A stretch of DNA of 64,000 nucleotides from an uncultured Candidatus Saccharibacteria bacterium (GCA_964403155.1 CAYOEG010000002.1:74296-138295); one strand, 5' to 3'; counted from the first letter of the stretch, positions 29,436 through 38,772 are shown. Program-made: numbers and translations. The notes: generated from the letters alone by a model not told the origin.

Positions 29436-29924
29436 ATGAAAGGATTTATAAAAGCCCCAAATCCTCAAAAGAAGGAAAAAAGACCCATTCTCTTGGAAAT
29501 ACTTCTTGGATTTGCAATATGTCTTGTGATAGGGCTGGGTATATACATGACGCTTAATCCCCAGAAAAACGAAGAAGAATCGAGAAACTCTACGCGTAGC
29601 CAAGCCATTGTAGAAATAGCTGCGGCTGTAAAAAAATATGTAGATACAACAGGCAACACCCCATCAGAAATTCCTCTTAACAGAGAATGCGCAAGTATAG
29701 GAAATGAAATTTGCAAATTAGATGCTACTGATTGTGCCGGCTATGTTAAATTAGACTCCCTGACTGATTCTGGCCTATTATCACAAATCCCAGTGGACGG
29801 ACTAAGAGTTTCTGGTAATGGATCAGGATATTACATTTCACACGATGGAGACGGCAACATAATGGTATGTGCACCACTTGCCGAAAGGGGGGCAGATATA
29901 TCACTCAAACAGTTTGTATATTAA
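29436..29924 (+). CDS. secreted or anchored Cys-containing protein, weakly pilin-like
   Basis: Basic leader, then a hydrophobic helix containing Glu (RPILLEILLGFAICLVIG), then ...TRSQAIVEIAAAVKKYVDTTGNTPS. The C-terminal Cys pairs are reminiscent of type IV pilins, but the prepilin Gly at -1 is missing. Confidence 0.3.
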   Translation: MKGFIKAPNPQKKEKRPILLEILLGFAICLVIGLGIYMTLNPQKNEEESRNSTRSQAIVEIAAAVKKYVDTTGNTPSEIPLNRECASIGNEICKLDATDCAGYVKLDSLTDSGLLSQIPVDGLRVSGNGSGYYISHDGDGNIMVCAPLAERGADISLKQFVY

Positions 29925-29941
29925 TTTTGATTTAAAGCTTA

Positions 29942-30904
29942 ATGGAAAAAACAAAGTTAAACAGACAGCATATAGATGCACAATTTTTAGCATTATGCCT
30001 GGCTATTCTTGCGTTCCTAGGGCTATCATATTGGATTGGAGAAATTGTTTGGTTACAAGACTTTCAACTCTTTGTAACTTTGATATCAGGAGTTTTTGCA
30101 CTCTTCATTGGAGTTATTGCTCTTCTTCGTTACTACACCAAAAAATCTTCCGTTAATTTCCTTTTCATAGGGCTAGGATTCTTAGGAGTTGGACTGCTTG
30201 ATGTTTTCCAACTAATGTTAGATCTTGGGGCATTCCAGAGCCTTTTTGTAGCTCCAGAAAACCAAGTGTATTCCCTAACCTCTGTTATCTCAAAGGTGTT
30301 CCTATCTGCATTGATGTTTGTAAGCTGGTTTGTTAACAGGAATGCTAACAAGGTAAGTAGGACTACAAGGAAACAAGAGAAAACACTCATGCTTATGGTT
30401 TCTGTATGTTTTGTATTGTTCGTTAGTGTATTTCTTTTTTTGATGGTAAAGGGAATACAGATGGATAGTTTGGCAGTCATAATAATAGGGTTGGTATCAC
30501 TTATGTTCCTACTTCTGGCAATTGTTGGATATCTACTAGATAGAGGATGGATGTATGATGACTTCAACTATTGGATAATATTTCTTCTAGCATTCTTAGT
30601 ACTTTCTCAGATATTTTATCTACCCCTTTTCAATCTAGAATATTTAAATATGATGAATCTTTCAGTATGGGCAAGATTCTTTGCGTATCTTGGACTTTTA
30701 GTTGGTTTCCTGAATAGTATCTATGTTATGTTCCAGAAGGAAATTGCAACACAGAAAGAATTAGAAGAGAAAAACAAAATGATAGGGGAGACAAAAGCGA
30801 AGGTAGAGGAAGCATATTTGCTTCTTAGAGAGGAGAAGTGGTCCTTGGCGAGAAGTAAGGGAAGTGCAGACAAGATTTTGAAGGATATCGTAAAGGATAT
30901 ATAA
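29942..30904 (+). CDS. hypothetical polytopic membrane protein with a C-terminal coiled coil
   Basis: About eight TM helices, ending in a charged helix (KELEEKNKMIGETKAKVEEAYLLLREEK). Confidence 0.35.
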   Translation: MEKTKLNRQHIDAQFLALCLAILAFLGLSYWIGEIVWLQDFQLFVTLISGVFALFIGVIALLRYYTKKSSVNFLFIGLGFLGVGLLDVFQLMLDLGAFQSLFVAPENQVYSLTSVISKVFLSALMFVSWFVNRNANKVSRTTRKQEKTLMLMVSVCFVLFVSVFLFLMVKGIQMDSLAVIIIGLVSLMFLLLAIVGYLLDRGWMYDDFNYWIIFLLAFLVLSQIFYLPLFNLEYLNMMNLSVWARFFAYLGLLVGFLNSIYVMFQKEIATQKELEEKNKMIGETKAKVEEAYLLLREEKWSLARSKGSADKILKDIVKDI

Positions 30905-30910
30905 TAAGGG

Positions 30911-31636
30911 ATGTTTGAACCGAAATTAAAAAAATATCTGAAGAAGTTTGATTACTCATATGCCTTGGGAACGTATCCTACGATTGATTTACTCCGATAC
31001 AAACGCGAGCATTTGCTCAAAGTTTTGATTAAATCAAAAGTAGATGAGAGCGAGGGGGTGGAGGAGGTGCTTGCTCTCTGTAAAGAGAACGGTATCAAAG
31101 CAGAGGTGCAGGATAGAGCAATAGAGAAAATCTCAGTAAAAGAGAATACGTATGCGGTTGGAGTTTTTAAGAAATATGATTGTACATTGGATATGGATGC
31201 AAACCATCTTGTGCTTGTTGAACCAAGGAATATGGGTAATCTAGGTACGATTATTCGTACTATGTTAGCTTTTGATTTTAAAAATCTTGCAATTATTAAG
31301 CCAGCTGCGGATATTTTTGATCCTACGGTTGTACGTTCTACAATGGGCGCGGTATTTCAGATTAATTTCGAATATTTTGAGAATATCCAAGAATACATAG
31401 AGAAATATGGGAAGAGAAATATATACACCTTTATGTTGGATGGTGCAGAGGATATTAGGAATGTGAATTTCCAAGAACCATTTAGTATGGTGCAGGGGAA
31501 TGAGAGCAAGGGCTTGCTATCAGAATATTCTAAGATTGGAAAGAGTATATATATTCCTAATTCTAGGAATGTTGATTCACTTAATCTATCCATTGCTACT
31601 GGGATAGGGTTGTGGGAGGCTAGGAGGGGTAAATAA
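30911..31636 (+). CDS. SpoU/TrmH-family RNA 2'-O-methyltransferase
   Basis: SPOUT motifs: LVLVEPRNMGNLGTIIRTMLAFDF and IPNSRNVDSLNLSIATGIGLWE. Confidence 0.8.
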   Translation: MFEPKLKKYLKKFDYSYALGTYPTIDLLRYKREHLLKVLIKSKVDESEGVEEVLALCKENGIKAEVQDRAIEKISVKENTYAVGVFKKYDCTLDMDANHLVLVEPRNMGNLGTIIRTMLAFDFKNLAIIKPAADIFDPTVVRSTMGAVFQINFEYFENIQEYIEKYGKRNIYTFMLDGAEDIRNVNFQEPFSMVQGNESKGLLSEYSKIGKSIYIPNSRNVDSLNLSIATGIGLWEARRGK

Positions 31637-31693
31637 TCATCAAAAATGGTATAATGTATTTGGGATAGCAATATCCTAGATCTTTTTCAATTT

Positions 31694-32105
31694 GGGGACG
31701 TAAGGCTTTCGACAGGAGTCTGCGTTTAGTTGTCACAAACCGAGGGTTGTCTCGTTAATCAACGCACAATGATAAGTGTAAAAAACAAAATCGTCGCCTT
31801 TGCAGAGAATATTAAAGCAAGTTTGGCTATGCCAGCTTTCAACTTTAACTTTGCTTAAGGTTTAGTCAATTAAGTTTGACTAATGTCTTCTTTTTCTATT
31901 CCTAGTTAGGAATTTAAGACAGTCGTTACTAGGATATATACTTACTATTTTGTCGGTAGAGTAGTGAGCACGAAAGTAATTACTGAGTGGATATATCTTT
32001 TTGCTAATCCTTTTAGATATGTCTAACTATTTAGGATTAGATATGTTTGTACATGATGCTAGACAATGCTTATGGACGTGGGTTCAATTCCCACCGTCTC
32101 CACCA
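31694..32105 (+). ncRNA. ssrA: tmRNA (ssrA)
   Basis: The 5' end is GGGGACGUAAGGCUUUCGAC, the 3' end is a tRNA-like GGACGUGGGUUCAAUUCCCACCGUCUCCACCA, and the acceptor pairing is GGGGACG/CGUCUCC. The tag reading frame ends ...AMPAFNFNFA-stop (approximately 31796-31858). Confidence 0.85.
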
Positions 32106-32117
32106 TTATTGAAAATA

Positions 32118-32435
32118 TTATTGTTTTTGATTAGGAAATTTTTCTTCGATATCATCAACGAATTCCACAATGCCCTCTCTTAAGCGTCTTGGTCCTGTCA
32201 TTGTCGAGAAACCCTTCAATATTTCCGTAGGTATATGTTGGACAAGAAAAAGGTTCGGGGTCATTTTTATAGTTGTGACTTCTACGTAATGAGGTTCTAA
32301 ATCAATATCTTCTTTGTAAGAGTCTGCTAGAGTTGCCTTTTGAAATTCTTGCTGTAGCAAGTCCTGTTCTGCCAATGCTGCTTTTAACTGTTCCGCATTT
32401 TGAAGTATTTCTCCTTCTTGACTATCTTCGCCCAT
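32118..32435 (-). CDS. hypothetical acidic protein (islet 1)
   Basis: 105-aa ORF between the ssrA 3' end and att-like repeat A. Confidence 0.3.
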   Translation of the reverse strand: MGEDSQEGEILQNAEQLKAALAEQDLLQQEFQKATLADSYKEDIDLEPHYVEVTTIKMTPNLFLVQHIPTEILKGFSTMTGPRRLREGIVEFVDDIEEKFPNQKQ

Positions 32436-32503
32436 TGCAATATATAGATGTCATATTTTAATAAATAATTTTACTAAATATAGAGAAAGATTGCGACAAG
32501 GGC

Positions 32504-32549
32504 TTTAAGTTCCAAGCTATCCAACACATCCCACCATATTGAAAATATT
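32504..32549. repeat. att-like direct repeat A, related to the ssrA 3' flank and to repeat B
   Basis: TTTAAGTTCCAAGCTATCCAACACATCCCACCATATTGAAAATATT. Its 3' half, CCACCATATTGAAAATATT, matches CCACCATTATTGAAAATATT at 32100-32119 (the tmRNA end plus flank). Confidence 0.5.
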
Positions 32550-32582
32550 CCCTGTGAACTATCTTTTTGATATATTTATATC

Positions 32583-33170
32583 ATGAACGAATTCGAGAAA
32601 TTATTACAGGAAGCAAGGGAATTGGCATATTCTGAAGCAAAGAAATATTCTACACCAATACTAAAACATATAGATTTTGCAACACACCAAGGAATTACTC
32701 TGGCGGAGAAATTGGTTGCAAACAAGAGAATTGTTGAGGTTGGAACGTTACTTATGGATATAAAGATAGGAGAGGCTGTTAACCAAGGAAAATTATCCGA
32801 GCATGTTCAGATGTCGCATGATTTTACAAAAGAGTTATTATCTAAATATTCTGAAATTTCGGACGAAGATAAGACGAACATAGAGGCTTGTGTCCTTGAG
32901 CATCATGGTAAAGAGAAGTTTTACTCTATAGAGTCAGAGATATGTTGTAATGCAGATTGCTACAGATTTTGTTCTGTAGAAGGAGTCTCATATGTACTAA
33001 GATACTTCCGAGATATAGAGTTTAAAGATTTGGTTGCTTTAATAAATCATAAAATTGAAGAAAAATGGAATGCACTATCGTTAGATATTTGTAAAAGAGG
33101 ACTAGAACCGCAGCATAAGATTCTTCTCACATTTATGAAATATTTAAAAGAAGAACAAGCGAGATTTTAA
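32583..33170 (+). CDS. HD-domain protein (putative metal-dependent phosphohydrolase), islet 2
   Basis: H...H...HD...HH...D pattern (ATHQGI..., MSHDFTK, LEHHGKEK). Confidence 0.4.
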   Translation: MNEFEKLLQEARELAYSEAKKYSTPILKHIDFATHQGITLAEKLVANKRIVEVGTLLMDIKIGEAVNQGKLSEHVQMSHDFTKELLSKYSEISDEDKTNIEACVLEHHGKEKFYSIESEICCNADCYRFCSVEGVSYVLRYFRDIEFKDLVALINHKIEEKWNALSLDICKRGLEPQHKILLTFMKYLKEEQARF

Positions 33171-33204
33171 GTTCCAAGCTCTCCAACACATCTCACTACA
33201 TTGG
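33166..33204. repeat. att-like direct repeat B (copy of repeat A)
   Basis: TTTTAAGTTCCAAGCTCTCCAACACATCTCACTACATTG. About 33 of 37 positions are identical to repeat A. It overlaps the HD gene stop. Confidence 0.45.
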
Positions 33205-33273
33205 GCTCATTGTTTCAAGAGGGGAATCCATCATATAGTGTATAATCGAAAAAATAAATTGAAATTATAAGAA

Positions 33274-33954
33274 ATGGCAAACTCTGATTTTCTAAGGGCA
33301 AATCTAAACCAACATGCAGTAAAGAACTCTAAATCTAAAAAAATGGATGAAGAGATTGATGTTGCAGTTCAAAAATTGATCCCTTTCCTCTCTGAAAAAT
33401 ACCCCGAACTTGATTTTGAACATCAAAAAAAGATGCTTTTAAAGGACATTATTTCAATGTTATCCTTACAATTTCCGGGATATTCAAATTTTTTTAGATG
33501 TGAAAAAGAGACGAGCTTCATAAAACCAGATGGAGGTTTCCTTTTTGCGAAGAATAAGAGAGGAGAAAGACGTTTAGTTCTAGTTGCAGAAGTAAAAAGG
33601 CAGGGAACCAATGATAAGAGATTTGAAGAAGGGTTAAGTAGCCAAGCCATGGGGAATGCAATAGAAAGGTTAGGGAAAAATCTCATAGGTATAAGGACGA
33701 TTTTTAAAAATGAAGGAGTTTTGCCTTTTATCTGCTTTGGTTCGGGTCATGATTTTAGAGAAGGATCTTCCATCTTGGACAGAGTTATAACTATGAACGA
33801 ATTCTTCCCATTAAACCAACTCTTCGTAGAGAAGGACTTTATGCCATTTGAACCTGTTTCCATGATGTTTAGATATGAACCTTGGACTGTTGACGAAATG
33901 TTTGAAAGCATGAAAAAGGTTGCAATAAAGGCAATAGAGTATAAGTTTGTTTAA
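33274..33954 (+). CDS. putative type II restriction endonuclease (PD-(D/E)xK)
   Basis: IKPDGGFLF, about 20 residues, then LVLVAEVKRQG forms a PD...ExK signature. It is convergent with, and overlaps by 4 bp, a Dam-like methyltransferase gene. Confidence 0.4.
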   Translation: MANSDFLRANLNQHAVKNSKSKKMDEEIDVAVQKLIPFLSEKYPELDFEHQKKMLLKDIISMLSLQFPGYSNFFRCEKETSFIKPDGGFLFAKNKRGERRLVLVAEVKRQGTNDKRFEEGLSSQAMGNAIERLGKNLIGIRTIFKNEGVLPFICFGSGHDFREGSSILDRVITMNEFFPLNQLFVEKDFMPFEPVSMMFRYEPWTVDEMFESMKKVAIKAIEYKFV

Positions 33955-35099
33955 TTCTTTTTCAATAACCACAAGAGTTCTTTAACCTTGATTGTTCTTT
34001 CTCTTAGGTTTCGAGAACCTCTATACGTGTTGTAATCTTGTTCGTAAAGAATGTAATCCCCATGTTTTTCTAGCATCTTCTTGAAAGTATCTATCGGTAT
34101 AATACCCTCATTGTTGTAAGAGATAAGGATGTATTTTGCTTTTGTGTTTTCTAAAAGGTTGTTCATAAAAACTTCTGCCTCTTGTCTTTTGTTGTATTTT
34201 GACTTGTTCCACTCTTTTGAGATTCCACTTACTCCATCCTGAATATCTGTAGGTTTACCACTATTTATTATATTCAACATGAAATAATTTGAACCATAAG
34301 GATGTTGGTTGTATGGAGGATCGTAATATGCTAAATCAACTTCTGGAAGTTCCAAAATCAGGTTATTAATATCTTCTTGATAGACAGTATAATCACATTC
34401 AACTTCTGAGAAAATCGGCACTTCTAATTCTATCTCACCTTTTATTCGTGTTAATGCATTCTCCCCTTTGCCTCCAAAGTGTCCAATCCCGTCCTTTTTG
34501 TGAAATCCTTTGAAAACACCGGAAGTGTTTGTATGTATAGAAGATTCGACTAGAAGATTTGCCAGACAATATTTTTGTAAATCCTTGTCTAATGTATCTA
34601 TTAAAAATCTAACATTATCAATAATTAAAGCATTTTTATGTGTATAAAAAACGCGCTCTCCTTCCTGAATATTATTGTCATCCTTTGGTGCATAATTTCT
34701 AGTGATAAAATATTCAGATTTAGTTTTTTCAAGTTTCTTTGCATTTAAATATTCTATTGAGTCAGAGAGCTTCTTTATATTAACAGAACTTTTGTTATCC
34801 AAATAAGCAGAGTTAATAGTAAAGGCATAACTTTCTAAGTCATTTACAAGGAGATCCTTTGAGTGATATTTTAGTAACCTTGATACAGAGCCACTTCCAG
34901 CAAAACCATCCAAGGATGTTATTTTATCTTTTCCTAATTCCTTTTTTATTTCTACAATCGCTTGATTAAGAAAAGGAAGTAGCTTTCTCTTATTACCAAT
35001 ATATGTAATTAAGTGTGAAGAAAAGTAGTCCTGGTTAAGAAAGTCACGATCTGTATCATCTTCGAAAAGAAATAGTTTCTGTATATGTTTTCTCTTCAC
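33951..35099 (-). CDS. N6-adenine-specific DNA methyltransferase, D12 (Dam-like) class
   Basis: N-terminal YIGNKRKLLPFL (the Dam 'WAGGK'-type motif), SAM motif LDGFAGSGSV, and catalytic DPPY (AYYDPPYNQHPYGSNYF). Confidence 0.75.
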   Translation of the reverse strand: MKRKHIQKLFLFEDDTDRDFLNQDYFSSHLITYIGNKRKLLPFLNQAIVEIKKELGKDKITSLDGFAGSGSVSRLLKYHSKDLLVNDLESYAFTINSAYLDNKSSVNIKKLSDSIEYLNAKKLEKTKSEYFITRNYAPKDDNNIQEGERVFYTHKNALIIDNVRFLIDTLDKDLQKYCLANLLVESSIHTNTSGVFKGFHKKDGIGHFGGKGENALTRIKGEIELEVPIFSEVECDYTVYQEDINNLILELPEVDLAYYDPPYNQHPYGSNYFMLNIINSGKPTDIQDGVSGISKEWNKSKYNKRQEAEVFMNNLLENTKAKYILISYNNEGIIPIDTFKKMLEKHGDYILYEQDYNTYRGSRNLRERTIKVKELLWLLKKN

Positions 35100-35310
35100 T
35101 TTTTATTCGCACTAAGAAGTTAGATTTGTAGTATAGGTTACTGAGAACAGGTAAATTATATCATGTGATATACAGAGTAGATATTCAAGATTATTGTTGC
35201 TTAGGATATAATTCAAGCGGTGAAAATGGTATTGTAAAGAAGAAAGGTTCTTAGTGAGTTCGAACTTTTGAATACGACACTCACCAATTTAATATATAAA
35301 CCATAAGGGT

Positions 35311-36066
35311 ATGAACAAGATCGCAATTCCTAAGTTCGTTTTAATTTTACTAGGTTTTCTTCTTCTGACTGCGTGTGTTGCAATAGGATTGCTCTTTTTC
35401 AACGATGAGCAATGTGCTGTAGAGGAGAATAAGACAGGACAGAATACTGAAGAGGTTGAAGATGTAAATGATAAGTGTGTAGATATAGATTTGAAAGATA
35501 CCTCTGGTGCATGGAGATACTTAGAGAAGATTGAAAAGATAGCGAATGATACTTCGTATGGTGTGGTTATTACTGTTACAGAAGTTGATGAAAATGGAAG
35601 CAAGACAGGAGAATGCAAATTGTATATTACTGATTATGTAGAAGAGGGTTTGGGTGTTTCGAATACGCAATTGGGTGCATTATCCGAGATTGTATATATA
35701 GGGGAGGGTAGTGTTGCTTACAATTATGGCAATGCTATATACACACAAAAGATTGAGGAGGATGCAAAGGCAGTCGTAATTGCAAATCAAGAATTAGCTG
35801 CGGAAACATCACTGGAAGAAGAGGGTGAGACTTTGATTTTTGATGGTCCATTTTTAGTAGACAAGGGAGAAAAGACGGGTGTTTCAGAGACAGGGCAATT
35901 TGTTTTCCTTGTAGATTTTATATTTGGTTGTGAGACAGATACTCTCCCGAGATCTTGTGAAGAAATGACTTCTTTGAGCCAAGAGCTTGAGGAACAGGGT
36001 GTCACAGGCTGGTGGATGTATAAGGGCCTTCCTGGTGGTGGGATAGTTCATCTGATCGAGGATTAA
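35311..36066 (+). CDS. putative lipoprotein, acidic and secreted
   Basis: Signal peptide with a lipobox (LLTAC). Confidence 0.4.
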   Translation: MNKIAIPKFVLILLGFLLLTACVAIGLLFFNDEQCAVEENKTGQNTEEVEDVNDKCVDIDLKDTSGAWRYLEKIEKIANDTSYGVVITVTEVDENGSKTGECKLYITDYVEEGLGVSNTQLGALSEIVYIGEGSVAYNYGNAIYTQKIEEDAKAVVIANQELAAETSLEEEGETLIFDGPFLVDKGEKTGVSETGQFVFLVDFIFGCETDTLPRSCEEMTSLSQELEEQGVTGWWMYKGLPGGGIVHLIED

Positions 36067-36086
36067 TTTAAATTACTGGTATCTAG

Positions 36087-36734
36087 ATGGAGATATTGTT
36101 GATTAATGGTAGTGCAAGAAAAGGAGGATTCTGTAATACTATTGCCCAAGGACTTAAAGCAAACTTGGATTCAATAAGCAGTAGTAAGCATGAAGTGCAC
36201 ACAAAGATCTTCACAATAGCAGAGAAGGACATTAAGTTTTGTGCCGGTTGTGTGAGTTGTTGTGCAGAGGAGAATAGATATTGCTATATAAAAGATGACA
36301 CATACGAAGCATACAAATTAATGGAAAACGCAGATTCCATCGTCTATATCTCTCCAATTTATGAAAGTTTTATTTCTGGTATATTAAAGAATTTTTTTGA
36401 TAGGACCAATCACTATACATCTTTTTTCAAGCTAGCAGGGAAACCAATGAACTTAATTTTGTGTGGAGTGCAACCTCTCAGCTTCGGGAAAAAGGAATTC
36501 TCAAACAGACATGTTATTAAAAATGTTAACCAGTACTTTAGAAATTATTCAATAATCACACACACAATCTATCACTTCCTAGGATTTTTCCATCACGAGG
36601 ATCACCATTCAGTAACAAATAAGTCTAATTTAGAGAAGTTCGAAAAACAGTTAAGAAGTATTGCTCAAAAGTTGGCAAAGCAAAAGATAGAAAAAAAGAA
36701 AAGTAAGGAGAGAGAAACGTCATATAGTGTTTAA
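36087..36734 (+). CDS. NAD(P)H-dependent FMN reductase-like flavoprotein (flavodoxin fold, Cys-rich)
   Basis: MEILLINGSARKGGFCNT flavodoxin-like N-terminus and a compact Cys cluster (CAGCVSCC), as in iron-sulfur flavoproteins. Confidence 0.45.
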   Translation: MEILLINGSARKGGFCNTIAQGLKANLDSISSSKHEVHTKIFTIAEKDIKFCAGCVSCCAEENRYCYIKDDTYEAYKLMENADSIVYISPIYESFISGILKNFFDRTNHYTSFFKLAGKPMNLILCGVQPLSFGKKEFSNRHVIKNVNQYFRNYSIITHTIYHFLGFFHHEDHHSVTNKSNLEKFEKQLRSIAQKLAKQKIEKKKSKERETSYSV

Positions 36735-36766
36735 ATTGCGAACCTTTTAATCAATTCAAAATCTCT

Positions 36767-37600
36767 TTACTCCACAGCACTCATACTCCCCAATATTCCA
36801 TCTATCTGTACTAGTTCATCTCCAGATATATCCTCCGGGAATTTGTAAAAGTATGCCTCATATGCAGGACCATCAGAATTGGCATCCTCAAAGGTAACGC
36901 CATCTAATGCAACTACAATATTAAAACATGGAGCCTCAAAAAATTCGTTACCCTCTTCGTCGTCCTGATAGAATCTATTGGCTACTCTTCTTGTAGTATG
37001 TCCTAACCACTCAAATTCTGTATATGGCATACTGCTAAAATCATTTATATTTAGAGTATCACCCATCTCATCTGCCATATCCTCCATCTCTTGTCTATAA
37101 TCTGGATTATCATCTTCAAAAGCATAGTATTCATTGCAACCAGCAAAACCAATACCATTAACACCCTTTAACCAGAACATCTCTTCATCATTCGCATTAA
37201 ATATTTTTAAACCTGTTAAACCAGAGTAAGTAACACCCTCTACTAAAGAATCTGATCCTTCTCCATCAAAATATTCTTCAATACTCCAACCCTCAGGAAG
37301 AGTGGCGGATATTACCTCGCCAGTAAATGTTTCTGTTATCTCTTCGTTTTCAGTTTCTGCAATTGTATTGTCATCTGTATCCTTTATTTGTGTGTTGGTA
37401 TCTGTATCCGATTTGCCTAAGAAAGGTATTTCTACTAGGCCTTTTTGATTCGCAATATATACCAAAAGACATACAATGATTAAGCCCAATATTGTGCAAA
37501 GGGCTATTAGTCCTCCATTACTTTTGGGTTTTGATACGGGAGGTGTAGGCATTGGTGGAGTAGTGGTTTGTGTTTCCACAACATTTGGTTGATTATCCAT
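36767..37600 (-). CDS. hypothetical acidic surface protein (Pro/Thr-rich N-terminus plus a TM anchor)
   Basis: TTPPMPTPP, a TM helix, and an Asp/Glu-rich ectodomain. Confidence 0.3.
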   Translation of the reverse strand: MDNQPNVVETQTTTPPMPTPPVSKPKSNGGLIALCTILGLIIVCLLVYIANQKGLVEIPFLGKSDTDTNTQIKDTDDNTIAETENEEITETFTGEVISATLPEGWSIEEYFDGEGSDSLVEGVTYSGLTGLKIFNANDEEMFWLKGVNGIGFAGCNEYYAFEDDNPDYRQEMEDMADEMGDTLNINDFSSMPYTEFEWLGHTTRRVANRFYQDDEEGNEFFEAPCFNIVVALDGVTFEDANSDGPAYEAYFYKFPEDISGDELVQIDGILGSMSAVE

Positions 37601-37619
37601 AGTTAAATATATTATTAAT

Positions 37620-37862
37620 TTAATTATTTTCTTCGCATGTCATTAATGTACAGACAACTTGTCCGTCACTGCATGCACAATAGTTGCAATTATCTGAAGA
37701 TTTAAAGGACTCTCCACTTGCATAGGACCATCCGTTGTAATCACACCTAGATTTTTGTTGAGAGATTGTTTCGTTATATACAATGAAGCTTACAAGACCA
37801 ATGATTATGGTACCAAGGGTAATACATAGTCCTAGGAGAAAGTTGTGTTTTTTCTCATCCAT
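37620..37862 (-). CDS. small membrane-anchored Cys-rich protein
   Basis: A TM helix followed by eight Cys in 40 aa (CDYNGW...CNYCACSDGQVVCTLMTC). Confidence 0.3.
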   Translation of the reverse strand: MDEKKHNFLLGLCITLGTIIIGLVSFIVYNETISQQKSRCDYNGWSYASGESFKSSDNCNYCACSDGQVVCTLMTCEENN

Positions 37863-37922
37863 AGTTTTAGTATATATATTTTTGAAGAAAAATGGAAAAA
37901 CTTTTAAAGTACTACTGACTAG

Positions 37923-38657
37923 TTATTCTATCCTCTGATATCCTAAAACCTCAAAGTTTCCACCATCTCTCTGTATTTCTTCCATAAATCCATCGACCTC
38001 TTCATCAGACAAAACACCACCGTCTTTGTGATGGTTCAAAGCGACTCTCTTCTGATCTAAGAAGTCTGATACCTCAAAACCAAGGGGATTAAATCTCATA
38101 TAAGAATCGGAGAGTAAGAATTCAGATACATAGCACGGTTTTAATCCTTGCTGTATCTGCTCTGGGAAGAACCCGTTATCTCGACAATATGGATATGTAG
38201 CATCGAACACCATCTGAGAAAATTTGCGATGATCTCTGTGATTAATCCATCTAATATCCTCTGAGAAATCATTTATTAACTCAAAAGGATTGTGTGTAAT
38301 AACTATATCAGGTTGGAACTCTCTTAGATGATATACAATCTTCCCGATATTCTCATAAGATTCTTCGACCTGTCCATCTGGAAAGTTTAGGTTAAAGATT
38401 TCGTCATCTTTTAAGCCCAATTCTTTTCCTGCTTCTCTTTGTGAATTTAATCTAATCTTTTTGAATTCCTCTGTAGTGTAGTTTGCTTCATGCATACCTT
38501 TGTCGCCATTTGTAGCTACAACAGTTCTTACTTTTTTACCATCTTTGATCAATCTTGCAATTAACCCGCCACATATGATTTCTGCATCATCTGGATGTCC
38601 CAAGAGGGCAAGGATCTTATGTTTATTAGAGAAAATCTTACTGTATGAGTCTTCCAT
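37923..38657 (-). CDS. LmbE/PIG-L-family N-acetylglucosaminyl deacetylase
   Basis: ILALLGHPDDAEIICGG (the HPDD(E) zinc motif), then VVATNGDKG. Confidence 0.75.
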   Translation of the reverse strand: MEDSYSKIFSNKHKILALLGHPDDAEIICGGLIARLIKDGKKVRTVVATNGDKGMHEANYTTEEFKKIRLNSQREAGKELGLKDDEIFNLNFPDGQVEESYENIGKIVYHLREFQPDIVITHNPFELINDFSEDIRWINHRDHRKFSQMVFDATYPYCRDNGFFPEQIQQGLKPCYVSEFLLSDSYMRFNPLGFEVSDFLDQKRVALNHHKDGGVLSDEEVDGFMEEIQRDGGNFEVLGYQRIE

Positions 38658-38680
38658 ATTAAAATGGTTTATTTTATTTA

Positions 38681-38772
38681 TGGCGGAGAGGGCGGGATTC
38701 GAACCCGCGATAGGTTTTAAAGCCTATGACTCGTTAGCAGTGAGTTCCTTTCGGCCTCTCAGGCACCTCTCC
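38681..38772 (-). tRNA. tRNA-Ser (anticodon GCU), type II, CCA encoded
   Basis: The reverse complement folds into a cloverleaf. The acceptor stem is GGAGAGG/CCTCTCC, the anticodon loop is CTGCTAA, it has a long variable arm, and the T-loop is TTCGAAT. Confidence 0.8.

Noticed and set aside
32001-32183. A 60-aa ORF on the plus strand.
   Set aside because: It overlaps the tRNA-like 3' domain of the tmRNA. It is an artefact of the structured RNA.
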